A DNA stretch of 64,000 nt from Candidatus Saccharimonadales bacterium (GCA_035532495.1 DATKQX010000134.1:67051-131050); one strand, 5' to 3'. Numbered from the stretch's first letter, positions 17,412-33,146 are shown. Notes: generated by a model from the sequence alone, not told the origin. Translations and numbers: made by a program.

Positions 17412-18935
17412 ATGCGAGCCCTCCTTTCCGTCAGCGACAAGACCGGGCTGGTCGAATTCGCCCGCGGGCTTCGCGAGTGCGGCGTCGAGCTGATCGCCAC
17501 CAGCAGCACCGGGCGGGCGCTCGGCGAGGCCGGTGTGGAAGCACTGTCGGTGGCGGACATCACCGGCTTCCCCGAGATGCTCGACGGACGCGTGCGGACG
17601 CTGCATCCGGCCATCCACGCGGGCATCCTCGCCCGTCGGGACATCCCCGAGCACATGCGCCAGCTCGCGGAGAACAAGTTCGAGCCGATCGACCTCGTGG
17701 TCTCGTCGCTCTACCCTTTCGCGGACACGCTGGCGAGCGGCGCCGACGACGAGACGGTGATCGAGAACATCGACATCGGCGGTCCGACGCTGATCCGGGC
17801 GGCTGCCAAGAACCGTGACTCGGTCGCGGTCGTCGTCTCGCCGCGGCAGTACGAGCCGTTGCTTGCCGAGCTGCGCGAACACCGCTCGATCTCCGTCGCC
17901 ACCCGTCATCGACTGGCCGTTGATGCCTTCGCGCACGTCGCCGCCTACGACACCCAGGTTGCCGCGTGGCTGCGCACCGGCACGTCGACCGATGAGTTGC
18001 CGGCGGAGTTCACCGTCGGCGGGCCCCGGCTCCACGAGCTTCGGTACGGCGAGAACCCGCACCAGCGAGGCGCCCTCTACGCCGCCCCCGGCCGGCCGGC
18101 CGGCGCCGCGCGCGCGAAGTCCTTGCAGGGCTCCGCGCTCTCGTTCACCAACTGGCTCGACGTCGACGCCGCTCGCGCTCTGGCCGGCGAGTTCGACGAG
18201 CCCGCCGCCTGCGTGATCAAGCACACCAATCCCTGCGGCTTCGCGGTCGGCGAGACAGCCGTCGACGCGTACCGGCGAGCCTACGAGTGCGATCCGCGTG
18301 CGGCATACGGCGGCATCGTCGGTGTCAACCGACCGATCGACCTCGCGACCGCAACCGAGCTGGCCCGCACCTTCCTCGAGGCGGTGGTGTGTCCGGGCAT
18401 CGACGACGATGCGGCCGCCCACCTCGCGACGAAGCCGCGGATGCGTGTGCTCGTCGTCGAGCGGCCCTCCGGTCCGGGGCAGTTCGACGTGCGCAGCATC
18501 GACGGCGGCCTGCTCGTGCAGACCAGCGACCGCGTGGGCACCGACCCGGGGACGATGACCGTCGCGACCACGCGGCAGCCAGACGAGCGCGAATGGCTCG
18601 ACATGCTCATCGCCTGGCGAGTGTGCCGCCATGTCAAATCGAACGCAGTGGTCGTCGTGCGCGACGGCATGGCGGTGGGTGTCGGCGCCGGTCAGATGTC
18701 GCGTGTCGAATCGTCCGAGCTCGCGGTGGCGCGTGCCGGGGAGCGCGCAGCGGGTGCGGTCGCTGCCTCAGATGCCTTTTTCCCGATGCCCGACGGGCTC
18801 GAGACCCTCGGCAAGGCGGGCGTCCGCGCAGTCATCCACCCCGGCGGCAGCAAGAATGATCCTGTCGTCACCGCCGCGGCCGACGCGCTCGACATGGCCG
18901 TCGTCCTTGCCGGAGAGCGCCACTTCCGGCACTGA
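17412..18935 (+). CDS. purH: bifunctional AICAR transformylase / IMP cyclohydrolase
   Basis: 507 aa. MGS-like N-terminus (RALLSVSDKTGLVEFA) and AICARFT core. Confidence 0.95.
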   Translation: MRALLSVSDKTGLVEFARGLRECGVELIATSSTGRALGEAGVEALSVADITGFPEMLDGRVRTLHPAIHAGILARRDIPEHMRQLAENKFEPIDLVVSSLYPFADTLASGADDETVIENIDIGGPTLIRAAAKNRDSVAVVVSPRQYEPLLAELREHRSISVATRHRLAVDAFAHVAAYDTQVAAWLRTGTSTDELPAEFTVGGPRLHELRYGENPHQRGALYAAPGRPAGAARAKSLQGSALSFTNWLDVDAARALAGEFDEPAACVIKHTNPCGFAVGETAVDAYRRAYECDPRAAYGGIVGVNRPIDLATATELARTFLEAVVCPGIDDDAAAHLATKPRMRVLVVERPSGPGQFDVRSIDGGLLVQTSDRVGTDPGTMTVATTRQPDEREWLDMLIAWRVCRHVKSNAVVVVRDGMAVGVGAGQMSRVESSELAVARAGERAAGAVAASDAFFPMPDGLETLGKAGVRAVIHPGGSKNDPVVTAAADALDMAVVLAGERHFRH

Positions 18936-18946
18936 GCCGGGGCGAG

Positions 18947-19321
18947 CTAGCGCCCGTTGCGCCTTCCGCGGTCCTGCTTTGACTGGTCCTCGATGCAGAA
19001 GCGCGCGGTGGGATGTGCCTCCAGCCGTGCTTCGCCGATGGCGTTGCCGCAGGCCTCACAGCGGCCGTACGACCCGAGGTCGACACGCTTGACCGCCTCC
19101 TCGAGCTCGGCGAGCTCCAGCTCGGCGTGCTTCTGGACGCTCTGGTCCAGCTCGAGCCCGATCGTCTCGCTCGCCAGCTCGGACGGGTGCTGCTCCGCAC
19201 TGGAGAGCTCGCGCTCGGTCGCCTCCTGGGCGTCGGCGGTGAGCCGGCCGGCCGCCTGGCGGAGAGCCTCGATGCGGGCGCGCTCAGTCAGCAGCCGGGT
19301 GCGGGCCTCGTCGGTGTTCAT
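18947..19321 (-). CDS. TraR/DksA family zinc-finger protein
   Basis: 124 aa: a coiled-coil N-terminus followed by CEACGNAIGEARLEAHPTARFC. Confidence 0.85.
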   Translation of the reverse strand: MNTDEARTRLLTERARIEALRQAAGRLTADAQEATERELSSAEQHPSELASETIGLELDQSVQKHAELELAELEEAVKRVDLGSYGRCEACGNAIGEARLEAHPTARFCIEDQSKQDRGRRNGR

Positions 19322-19457
19322 GGTCGTGGGTCACCCTCGTGTCTGCCGAACGCGGTCACGCCAAGCGCTCGGTGCGCGACGGATCGCAGTGCTGATCCAT
19401 TCGCGGCTGTGCGCCCTCGGCCGCAGGTTTGCGTTCATTCTCACCACTCTGCACCCG

Positions 19458-21653
19458 TTAAGCAATGGGTGAGGGCGCCAGCCAGACCACGCCGAGCGGC
19501 GGCAGCGTCAGCCGCGCGGAGTTCGAGAAGGAGTGCCAGGGCTCCGGTTCTGCCTCGACGGCACCCAGGTTGCCGACTCCACTCCCGCCGTAGTGCTGGG
19601 AGTCGGTGTTGACGACCTCCGCCCACTGGCCGGGGAGCGGCAGCCCGACGCGGAAGTCGTAGCGGACGACCGGTGAGAAGTTGGCGATGCATGCGATCCC
19701 CGGGTGTCCGTTGGCGTCGCGACGGATGAAGCTGAGGACGTTCTGGTCGGCATTCCCGGCGTCGATCCACTGGAAGCCACCGGGGCTTTCGTCGAGCTCC
19801 CACAGTGCTGGAACGTTCGCGTACAGCGCTCCCAGATCGGCGACGAGGTGCGCGACCCCGGCGTGCGCGGGGTCGTCGAGGAGCGTCCAGTCGAGCGACG
19901 ATTCATGCGCCCACTCGTGTTCGTCACCGAGCTCGCCACCCATGAAGAGCAGCTTCTTCCCGGGGTGCGCCCACATCCAGCCGAACATCGCGCGGAGGTT
20001 CGCGAAACGCTGCCACGGGTCGCCGGACATCTTCCCGAGCAGCGAGCCCTTGAGATGCACGACCTCGTCGTGCGACAGCGGAAGGATGAAGCGCTCCGAC
20101 CACGCGTACATGAGCCCGAACGTCATCTGGTGGTGCGCGTAGCGGCGATACACCGGATCCTTGTGGAGGTAGTCGAGGGTGTCGTGCATCCACCCCATGT
20201 TCCACTTGAAGTCGAAGCCGAGCCCGCCGCTCGCGATCGACCGCGTCACGCCCGGCCACGTCGTCGACTCCTCGGCGATGGTGGTCACGCCTGCCTTGCG
20301 CGCGTGCAGCGAGTCGTTCACCTCGCGCAACAGCGCGATCGCCTCGAGATTCTCCTTACCCCCGTTGATGTTCGGCACCCATGCGCCCGGCTGGCGTGAG
20401 TAGTCGAGGTAGAGCATCGATGCAACCGCATCGACGCGCAGGCCGTCGATGTGGAACTCCTCGGCCCAGTAATGCGCGTTGGCGACGAGGAAGTTGCGCA
20501 CCTGGTTGCGCCCATAGTTGAATACGTAGGTTCCCCAGTCGGGATGCTCACCACGGCGCGGGTCGCTGTGCTCGTACAGCGGCGTACCGTCGAAGCGCGC
20601 CAGCGCCCAGCCGTCACGCGGAAAATGCGCCGGGACCCAGTCGAGCAACACTCCGATGCTGTTGCGATGCATGACATCCACGAACGTGCGGAAGTCGTCG
20701 GGGGTGCCGTGCCGCGCGGTCGGCGCGTAGTACCCGGTGACCTGGTACCCCCATGAGCCTCCGAAGGGATGCTCCATGACGGGGAGCAGTTCGACGTGCG
20801 TGAAGCCCATCGTGCGGCAGTGGGCTGCGAGCGGCTCGGCGATCTCCTGATAGCTGAGCAGGCGCCCGTCGGCTGCGCGCCGCCACGAGCCGAGGTGGAC
20901 TTCGTAGGACGCGAACGGAGCGGCGCTCAGCGACGCGCGAGCACGTCGCCGCATCCATGCGGCGTCACGCCACTTGTGCGTGCTGTGCTCGACGATGCTC
21001 GCGGTGCCCGGCGGATGATCTGCGGACCGCGCGAGGGGATCGGCTTTGAACGTGCGCATCCCGTCGCCTCGCGTGACGAGGAACTTGTAGCGCACACCCT
21101 TGCCCACTCCGGGGCAGAACAACTCCCACACGCCTGAGCCGCCGAGCATCCGCATGGGCCAGGTGCGCGTGTCCCAGAAGTTCGCGTCGCTGACGACGCT
21201 GACGCCGAGCGCGTTCGGCGCCCAGACGCTGAACGCCGTCCCGGTCACGCCGTTGTGCTCGATCACTCGTGCTCCGAGCGCGCGCCAGAGCTGCAGGTGC
21301 GTCCCCTCGCCGATCAGGTGCAGATCGAGCTCGCCGAGGGTGGGTGTGAAGGCATACGGATCCTCCTGCTCCCACTCCCGCTCATCGTTCCGAAACCGGA
21401 TCCTGTACCCGGGCAGATCGCTCACCGGAAGATGCACCTCGAAGAGGCCGAGGCCGTTGCGACGCCGCATCGGGGTCACGCCGCCCTCGCGAGCGATGCT
21501 CGCCGACGTGGCATCCGGGTGAAACGCGCGGATCAGCGTCGTCGTGCCGTCGGGATGCGGTCCCAGCAGTTCGTGCGGGTCGCGCAGGCGTCCGGCGAGC
21601 AGTTGCTCGAGCGCTCCGTCGAGGTCGGTCACGGCGCCTGCGTCGGCGGTCAC
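19458..21653 (-). CDS. glgB: 1,4-alpha-glucan branching enzyme
   Basis: GH13 branching-enzyme motifs throughout. I prefer GTG 21653, which forms a GTGA overlap with the pep2 stop. The longest ORF starts at 21701. Confidence 0.93.
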   Translation of the reverse strand: MTADAGAVTDLDGALEQLLAGRLRDPHELLGPHPDGTTTLIRAFHPDATSASIAREGGVTPMRRRNGLGLFEVHLPVSDLPGYRIRFRNDEREWEQEDPYAFTPTLGELDLHLIGEGTHLQLWRALGARVIEHNGVTGTAFSVWAPNALGVSVVSDANFWDTRTWPMRMLGGSGVWELFCPGVGKGVRYKFLVTRGDGMRTFKADPLARSADHPPGTASIVEHSTHKWRDAAWMRRRARASLSAAPFASYEVHLGSWRRAADGRLLSYQEIAEPLAAHCRTMGFTHVELLPVMEHPFGGSWGYQVTGYYAPTARHGTPDDFRTFVDVMHRNSIGVLLDWVPAHFPRDGWALARFDGTPLYEHSDPRRGEHPDWGTYVFNYGRNQVRNFLVANAHYWAEEFHIDGLRVDAVASMLYLDYSRQPGAWVPNINGGKENLEAIALLREVNDSLHARKAGVTTIAEESTTWPGVTRSIASGGLGFDFKWNMGWMHDTLDYLHKDPVYRRYAHHQMTFGLMYAWSERFILPLSHDEVVHLKGSLLGKMSGDPWQRFANLRAMFGWMWAHPGKKLLFMGGELGDEHEWAHESSLDWTLLDDPAHAGVAHLVADLGALYANVPALWELDESPGGFQWIDAGNADQNVLSFIRRDANGHPGIACIANFSPVVRYDFRVGLPLPGQWAEVVNTDSQHYGGSGVGNLGAVEAEPEPWHSFSNSARLTLPPLGVVWLAPSPIA

Positions 21654-23169
21654 TTCGGCACCGCGCCGCGGAGCAGGAACCGAAGCGGGATCTCGACCCA
21701 CGTGGGTCGATGTCCCAGTTCATACCCAATCTCGTAGACAGCTTTCTGGACCTCGAAGGCCCGGCGGATGACAAGCGCGGATCCGAGTTCCGGGAGTACG
21801 GGATCCGAGCCGATCGCCTCCAGGTAGGCGTTCCAGAAGGCGTCGCGGTTGGCGTCCGCCCACGCGTCGCCGAACCCGAAGAGCACCCGTCCTTCGTCGC
21901 TGTCCGGAGCGGTGCGCTCGGCGATCGCCGCTGCGGCCGCGTAGTCGAACGAGCGGAGCATTGCCGACACGTCCCGAAGTGGCGTGCTCAACTCCCGCCG
22001 CTGCGCGGGCGTGCGATCGGGCTCGCCCTCGAAGTCGAGCACGACCCAGCCCGTGTCGACGCGAAGGAGCTGCCCGAGGTGCAGGTCGCCGTGGACGCGC
22101 GTCAGCAACCCCCCGGGCGGCAGATCCCGCAGGGCATCGAAATGCGAGACCACGTCGTCGCGGACGGCGCGGAGTGGATCCAATGCCGCGTCGGGGCGGC
22201 TGAGGAGCGAGTCGAGCTCGTCCGTCATCGCTGCCGCCCATGCGGAGAGCGTGGCCGGCGTCAGCGGCGCGGTCGCCATCGCAGCGCCGGCATCGCCGAG
22301 CGCGAGGTGCATCTCAGCAACCACCTGGCCAAGCCGCATCGACTCCGCGAGGAAAGCGGCGTCCTGATCGTCGACAGCGGCACGACGCTCGACGGCATCC
22401 GAAGCGCCCATTCCCTCCGCCGTCGCATAGAGGTCCCGAAGGGACGTCATCGCCAGCGCCCACCCCTCACTGCTGTTGTGGAGGAATCGCTGGATGAGCA
22501 CGAGCGGCGATGGCGGCTCGGCGCCCGACGCCCACACCGCCCGCCCGAGCAACGGCGCGAAGTGCGTGAACCCGGACGCCGCCAGCGCGTCTGACATCTC
22601 GAGTTCCTGAGACGGTCCGGGCTCAACGCGGCGGAGATGCTTGAGGAAGAGCGCGTCGCCGACCTCCACCGACGTGTTGCTCTGCTCGACCCGCAGGGGG
22701 CGAATCGACGACAGGCTCCCGGTATCGAGCGCGAGCGGATCCGGACACGAGTAGCGCAGCGTCCCGCTCGACGTTTCGAGCACCCGTTGCTCGCGGATTG
22801 CCTCGAGCAGCCATTCGATGTACACAGCATCGCCGACCGCGTCGTACAGGAGCATCGCAGCTGGCGCGCCCGCCCACGGGATCACGAACTCCGGCGCCCG
22901 CTCCGCAAGGGCGTCACCGGGCTCGCGAACACCGAGTGGCAGGACGTATCGCATGGTTACACCATCCGTGAACGTGACGGCGGTCAGCGTATGCAGCAGG
23001 ATCGGCGCGGCCGTGCTGATCACAGCCGCGTCGACGACCGCGACGGACTCGACGGTGCGACCATGCGCGCCGGCCCAGCGCTGGTGCGCGATGTACGCAC
23101 CGAGCGCGCGCTCGCAGCCGTCAAGTCCGTGCTCGCGAAGCACCGCCGCAGCGCTGTCGCTCTGTGCGC

Positions 23170-23173
<4 letters not shown>
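21650..23173 (-). CDS. pep2: maltokinase (maltose 1-phosphate forming)
   Basis: ATG 23173 overlaps the treS stop (ATGA). Kinase motif [12 protein letters not shown]. The 792-aa ORF to 24028 is an Arg/Pro-rich artefactual extension. Confidence 0.85.
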
Positions 23174-24830
<1,657 letters not shown>

Positions 24831-24834
<4 letters not shown>

Positions 24835-26813
24835 GACGGCCTCCGCACATGGAGCACGTGCGCGATCTGTTGCGACGGGTCGAGCCGGACGTAGTTGACA
24901 GGCCCCTGCCAGGTGAACGTTCCCCCACCGAGCTCGTCGTGGACCTCGAAGGGACGGTCGGCGGCGATGCCGAGCGCGCCAAGGTCGAGCCAGGTGGTGG
25001 CTTCGCGCGGATGATGTGGGTCGAGGTTCACCACGAGCAGCAGGACGTCCTCCTTGTCCGGGGTGGTGCGTGACACGCAGAGCATGGCCTCGTCGGTCAT
25101 GTGATGGATGCGGAGCGTGCTCAGCTGGGCGATCGCGTCGCGATGAGCAGCGCGGATCTGATTCAGGCGGGTGATGTACGGTGCCAGCGACCATGGGCTC
25201 GACCAGTCCCGAGGCCTGAGCTGGTACTTCTCCGAGTCGAGGTACTCCTCGCTACCGTCGCGGAGTGGCGTGGCCTCGAAGAGCTCGTACCCACTGTACA
25301 TGCCCCACGACGGAGAGGTGATCGCCGCGAGCACTGCGCGCATGCGAAAGGCCGGCGCCCCACCATGCTGCAGCGTGGCGTGCAGGATGTCCGGCGTGTT
25401 CACCCAGAAGTTTGGCCGGAACCAGTCGACCATCTCGGTTTGTGACAGTTCCGTCAGATACTGACCGAGCTCCCAGGCGCTGTTGCGCCACGTGAAATAC
25501 GTGTAGGACTGTGAGAAGCCGATCTTCGCGAGCCGCTGCATCACCGCCGGCCGCGTGAACGCCTCGGCGAGGAAGAGGACGCCCGGGTGCTCGCGATGGA
25601 TCTCGGCGATCAGCCACTCCCAGAAGACGAACGGCTTGGTGTGCGGGTTGTCGACGCGGAAGATCCGCACACCGTGGTCGATCCAGAAGCGCATGACCCC
25701 TGCGAGCGCCTCCCAGAGGCGCGCCGAGTCATCGGTGTCGAAGTCGATCGGGTAGATGTCCTGGTAGCGCTTCGGCGGGTTCTCGGCGTAGCGGATCGAT
25801 CCGTCGGAGCGGTGCCGGAACCACTGCGGATGCTCCGTGACCCAGGGGTGGTCCGGGCTGCACTGCAACGCGTAGTCGATCGCGACCTCGAGGTTTGCCG
25901 CCTGCGCGGCGGCGACGAAGCTGTCGAAGTCGGCAACGTCGCCCAGGTCGGGGTGCACGCTCGTGTGACCCCCGGCGGCGGAGCCGATCGCCCATGGGCT
26001 CCCCGGGTCGTCCGGGCCGGACTCGGTGATGTTGTTCGGGCCCTTGCGATGGGTCATGCCGATCGGATGGATCGGGGGCAGATAGACGACGCTGAAGCCC
26101 ATCTCCGCGATGGCGGCGAGACGGCCTTGAGCCAGGCGCAGCGTCCCGCTCTTCGGGGGGACGGCTCCCTCGGAGCGCGGGAACATCTCGTACCAGGCTG
26201 AGAATCCGGCCCCCTCGCGGTCGACCCAGAGCTTGTATGGGCCGTCGATGCTGGCATGGCTGAGATCCGCCGTCCGGCGCATGAGCGCCATCGCGCTATC
26301 CCGCGTGGCGAGCGGGAGACGTGTCGCGACCGGGGTCGGCGCGGCCAGCTTCATCGCGAGGGTGGCCATGGCGCGCCGGTCGGCTTTCGAGATCCCGGGC
26401 TGCATCGAGCGGGCATCCGCCATCGCAGCCCCGTCGGCGAGGTCCGGCGCGATGTCGATGCCGGTCTCGTGGCGGATCATCAGGTCGCGAGCCCAGCCGC
26501 CCCAGGCGTCAGGAAGTCCGACCACCGCAAAGCTCCACGCGCCGACGCCCGTCGGCGTGATCCATGCGCCGAACCGGTCCTGCGGCTCGGCGGACATCGC
26601 CACCTCGATCAGACCTTTTGGCGGTGCGTCCGGAACGAGCACGCTGTTCCCGGGCCAATGCCAGACCCATGTCAGCAACGGGTCGTGCCCTTCGAGAAAC
26701 GCACGGGCGGTCACCCGCAGGGGCAGCCCACGAGTGGCCTTTGCAGGGAATTCCCCGCTGTCGACGCGCGGCCGGACGTGCTCGATGACCACGCGCCTTC
26801 GGTCGCCGAGCAT
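24831..26813 (-). CDS. glgE: alpha-1,4-glucan:maltose-1-phosphate maltosyltransferase
   Basis: 660 aa with a GlgE-type N-terminal domain ([19 protein letters not shown]) and a GH13_3 core. Confidence 0.93.
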
Positions 26814-26888
26814 CTCGCCACGCTAGCAGACGGGACCCCACCCGTAATGTTCCGTCAACGTGGCGACCCTACAGTCGAGCCGAAGCTG

Positions 26889-27938
26889 ATGACCCGATAC
26901 CGGATCGCGCTGGCCGCCGTGGCCGTATTGATCGTGGCGGCCGTGCTCGTGACGGTCGTACGCATGCCGCCGCCGCCGGCGACGGCGTCGACCACGGGCG
27001 GTGAGGTCCTCCCCGCGAATCAGCGTAGTGAGGCGCCCGAATTCACGGGCATCGACGCGTGGCTGAACAGCCCGCCTCTGACGCGTGCCGACCTCAAGGG
27101 CAAGGTGGTGCTCATCGACTTCTGGACGTTCTCATGCGTCAACTGCGTGCGCACCATCCCGCATCTTCAGGTGCTCTACAACGCCTACAAGAACGACGGA
27201 TTCGTCATCGTCGGCGTGCACTCTCCGGAGTTCGACTTCGAGAAGGTGGAGGCCAACGTCGCCGCGGCGGTGACGCGACTCGGCATTTCATGGCCGGTGG
27301 CGGTCGACAGCGCCATGGACACATGGAACGCTTATCAGAACCAATACTGGCCCGCCGAATACCTGCTCGACCAGCAGGGCCGCGTGGCCTACACGAGCTT
27401 CGGCGAAGGCGACTACACGCAGACCGATGCGGCCGTGGCGCAGCTGCTCGGCGTCACCACCGCGGCGCTGCCCCAGTCGACGCCGGTGCCGTCGGGGACG
27501 ACTCCCGAGCTGTACGTCGGCAGCGATGGCGGGCGTGGCCAGCTCGCCGACAACGAGATGTACGGGGCGATGGGGCAGCCGGTCACCTACCCGGACACGG
27601 GGCCGCCGCAGACCCACGATCTGCCCCAGGTCACGGGGTCGTGGACAGACGAGGGCCAGTATCTGCAGGCGAACGCAACGGACCATCTCCGCCTCGCGTT
27701 CCAGGCGGACACCGTCTATGTCGTCGCGGGGACGAACGGCGCGGAGCTGCCGGTTTCAGTCATCCTTGACGGCAAGTCCGTCGGCACCGCGAACAGCGGC
27801 TCCGCAGTGAGCAGCTCAGGGTTCACGGTCTCGCGCCAGGACCTCTTTCAGCTCCTCACCGGGGTCTCGTCCGGCTATCACCTCATCGATCTGACCGTGC
27901 CCGCCGGCTTCCGGATCTATACGTTTACCTTCGGCTGA
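26889..27938 (+). CDS. membrane-anchored thioredoxin-like protein with a C-terminal beta-sandwich domain (DipZ C-terminal-half-like)
   Basis: N-terminal TM segment, redox motif WTFSCVNCV, GVHSPEFDFE, and a C-terminal domain of about 130 aa. The 560-aa ORF from 26256 is an artefactual extension. Confidence 0.8.
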   Translation: MTRYRIALAAVAVLIVAAVLVTVVRMPPPPATASTTGGEVLPANQRSEAPEFTGIDAWLNSPPLTRADLKGKVVLIDFWTFSCVNCVRTIPHLQVLYNAYKNDGFVIVGVHSPEFDFEKVEANVAAAVTRLGISWPVAVDSAMDTWNAYQNQYWPAEYLLDQQGRVAYTSFGEGDYTQTDAAVAQLLGVTTAALPQSTPVPSGTTPELYVGSDGGRGQLADNEMYGAMGQPVTYPDTGPPQTHDLPQVTGSWTDEGQYLQANATDHLRLAFQADTVYVVAGTNGAELPVSVILDGKSVGTANSGSAVSSSGFTVSRQDLFQLLTGVSSGYHLIDLTVPAGFRIYTFTFG

Positions 27939-28672
27939 TGATTTCGATTGCCACGGTGCTCGCCACCTTCGTCGCGGGGCTGGGCTCCTTTCTCGCACCG
28001 TGCACCGTCCCCCTCCTGCCTGCCTATCTCGCCTGCGTCTCAGGGGTTAGCGCGGCAGAGCTCACCAATCCCGATCGGCACAGCTTCCGGCTCCGCCTCC
28101 TCGCGGGCTCGCTGCTCTATGTCGCCGGGTTCACGGCCGTCTTCGTGCTCCTCGGCCTGTCCGCGGGTGGGATTGCCCGCGTCGCCAATGGGGCGGTGAG
28201 CGGGCGCGTCGTCGAGATCGTGGGGGGCGTCGCGGTCATCCTCTTCGGGCTCGCGATCATCGGGGTCGTCCGTGTCGGCCTCCTCGAGCGCACCGCGGGA
28301 TTCCGGCTGCCCGAACGTCTCCGCCGGCGCGGCGTGCTCGGAGCGTTTCTCATGGGCGTCGTCTTCGGCATCGGGTGGACCCCGTGCGTCGGGCCGTATC
28401 TCGCGGCCGCCCTGACGCTCGCCGCGCTCAGCGCCCACGCGATCGCCGGGGCATTCCTCCTCGTCGTCTACTCGCTGGGACTCGGCCTGCCCTTCATCGC
28501 GACGGCGCTCGTCTGGGCGTCGCTCCCCGACCTCCCGCGCACGCTCAACCGCTTGGTCCGCCCGCTCACCCTGGCGGGTGGCGTGATCACCGTCGCGCTC
28601 GGCGTCCTGATTGCGACGGGCGCCTACTCACACCTGACGTCCTACCTCGCCCAACTGTCGACGCCGACGTGA
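27938..28672 (+). CDS. ccdA: cytochrome c biogenesis protein CcdA / DsbD transmembrane domain
   Basis: 244 aa and polytopic, with conserved Cys in FLAPCTVPLLP and GWTPCVGP. The start overlaps the upstream stop (TGATG). Confidence 0.85.
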   Translation: MISIATVLATFVAGLGSFLAPCTVPLLPAYLACVSGVSAAELTNPDRHSFRLRLLAGSLLYVAGFTAVFVLLGLSAGGIARVANGAVSGRVVEIVGGVAVILFGLAIIGVVRVGLLERTAGFRLPERLRRRGVLGAFLMGVVFGIGWTPCVGPYLAAALTLAALSAHAIAGAFLLVVYSLGLGLPFIATALVWASLPDLPRTLNRLVRPLTLAGGVITVALGVLIATGAYSHLTSYLAQLSTPT

Positions 28673-28695
28673 TCAGCGGCAGCCCAGGCTGCTGA
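28673..28695. terminator. hairpin between convergent genes (possible bidirectional terminator)
   Basis: TCAGCGGC-agcccag-GCTGCTGA (8 bp including one G:U) lies immediately after the ccdA stop and 17 nt before the convergent methyltransferase stop. There is no U-tract. Confidence 0.3.
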
Positions 28696-28711
28696 CTCTG
28701 GAGTGCGGGGA

Positions 28712-29596
28712 TCAGGCGAACTTGCGGCAGACGACGACGTCGAGGGTGACGTTGCGCTGGATATGCCGGGCGAGCCTGAGATAGACCCTGAAGTCACGAT
28801 AGTGCTGATCGCCGACCATCTCCCTGAGCTGGTCGGCATGCTTGTGCATGTTGGCGAGCCAGTGATCGATGGTGACCTCGTAGTGGCGCCGCTCGATGTG
28901 GTGGACACGCTCAATGTCGAACCCGGCCGCGTTGGCGAGCCCGAGCTCCTCCGAGAGCGTGCGGTAGTTGCCCGTGTCGCCGTAGATCTGGCTGACGAAC
29001 TCGCCGCCACGCTCGAGCTTGGCGTGACGGGGATGCTTGAGATGCAGCTCCTTGTTGATCATCACGCCGCCCGGCTTCAGCCACTCATGGACCTTGCTGA
29101 AGAACCCGCCGAGGTTGAAGAAGTGGACGATCACCTCGTCGGTGTAGATCGCATCGACGTGCTCCTCGGGGGTGTAGTCCTCCCAGTGGCTGAGGACGAT
29201 CTTCGCGTCGGTACCGCGGCTCGCGATCCGCTGCTCCGCGTAGCCCTTTTGCGTGGGCGACAGGGTGAGCCCCGTGCCGGTGAGCCCGTAGGTGTCGCAG
29301 AGGTACGTGAGCGGCCCGGCCCAGCCGCAGCCGACGTCGATGAGACGCATGCCCGTCTGTAGGCCGGCGAGCCGCGCGATCAGGTCGAGCTTCGCCGCCT
29401 GTGACTGCGTGTCCGTCTCGGTGCCGGGGTCCCAGAGATTGGCCGAGTAGACGTTCCAGTCCCCACCCGTGATGAGCAGGAAGAACTCGGGCGGCTGCTC
29501 GTAATGGACGTTGGTCCGGGTCTGGTCGACCTCGGTCGAGTACTCGTGATAGAGCTGGTGCTCCGGACGGACGTCGCCTCTCTGCGTGGTTGCCAC
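28712..29596 (-). CDS. cyclopropane-fatty-acyl-phospholipid synthase family SAM methyltransferase
   Basis: HYEQPPEFFLL, SAM motif LIDVGCGWAGPL, and CMAS-family length (294 aa). Confidence 0.85.
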   Translation of the reverse strand: MATTQRGDVRPEHQLYHEYSTEVDQTRTNVHYEQPPEFFLLITGGDWNVYSANLWDPGTETDTQSQAAKLDLIARLAGLQTGMRLIDVGCGWAGPLTYLCDTYGLTGTGLTLSPTQKGYAEQRIASRGTDAKIVLSHWEDYTPEEHVDAIYTDEVIVHFFNLGGFFSKVHEWLKPGGVMINKELHLKHPRHAKLERGGEFVSQIYGDTGNYRTLSEELGLANAAGFDIERVHHIERRHYEVTIDHWLANMHKHADQLREMVGDQHYRDFRVYLRLARHIQRNVTLDVVVCRKFA

Positions 29597-29701
29597 CGCT
29601 CAAATCCCTCTAAGCCGCCTCTGTCAGGACGAGAAGAATAGCCGCGCCCGTCCTCGTGCTGTGGTCAGGTCGACGGTTTCGAGTGCGAAGATGGATCCGT
29701 C

Positions 29702-32446
<2,745 letters not shown>

Positions 32447-32477
32447 CCGGCGCGTGCCGCTCCTCCTGCGCGACTGA

Positions 32478-33146
32478 ATGCTGCTGTACCTCGGCATCCT
32501 GGCGGTCGTTCTCGTGGTGGGAGTGGTTTCGTACGCCGTCCAGCAGCAACGCGCGCGCGACATCCGTGCCTTCGCCGGAGCGCACGGGCTCGTGGCGAAA
32601 GGCAGTGAATGGGACCTCGGCGACTGTGGTTTCTCCCTGTTCCACCAAGGGAATCGCCGCTACTGGCGCAACGTGATGCAGGGCACCTGGAACGGGCTTG
32701 CGGTTGCATACTGTGACTTCTCGTACGTCGTGCAGGCGGGCAGGAACCAGGAGACATTCTCGTTCTCCAACGTCGTGTCATCGCTCGGTATGGAGATGCC
32801 GTGGGTGACCGTGTCGCCGCGCGGCATCATCGGCGCCTTCGCGGAGAAGTCCGTCGGCGCGCCGGGCGTCCGCTTCGAATCCATCGATTTCAACGACCGG
32901 TTCGACGTGCAGTCGAGTGACGACGCGTTTGCGGTCGAGCTGATCGACGCGCAGATGATCGAGGCGCTGCTGGCCCTCGATCACGGCGTCCACGTCGTCT
33001 TCGGCCCCGACGCCCTGATGGTCTACAACCACCGCAAGCCGGTCGTCGAGACCCCGCCGATCTTCGATGCCACGGTCCTCCTGCATCAGCGCATCCCTGC
33101 ACTCGTGCGCGCTCGTTACGGGCAGCCGTCTGCGCCGATCGGCTGA
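32478..33146 (+). CDS. hypothetical N-terminally anchored membrane protein (possibly DUF3137-like, LemA-associated)
   Basis: 222 aa with a single N-terminal TM segment and good coding signature. The family call is tentative and from memory only. Confidence 0.6.
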   Translation: MLLYLGILAVVLVVGVVSYAVQQQRARDIRAFAGAHGLVAKGSEWDLGDCGFSLFHQGNRRYWRNVMQGTWNGLAVAYCDFSYVVQAGRNQETFSFSNVVSSLGMEMPWVTVSPRGIIGAFAEKSVGAPGVRFESIDFNDRFDVQSSDDAFAVELIDAQMIEALLALDHGVHVVFGPDALMVYNHRKPVVETPPIFDATVLLHQRIPALVRARYGQPSAPIG

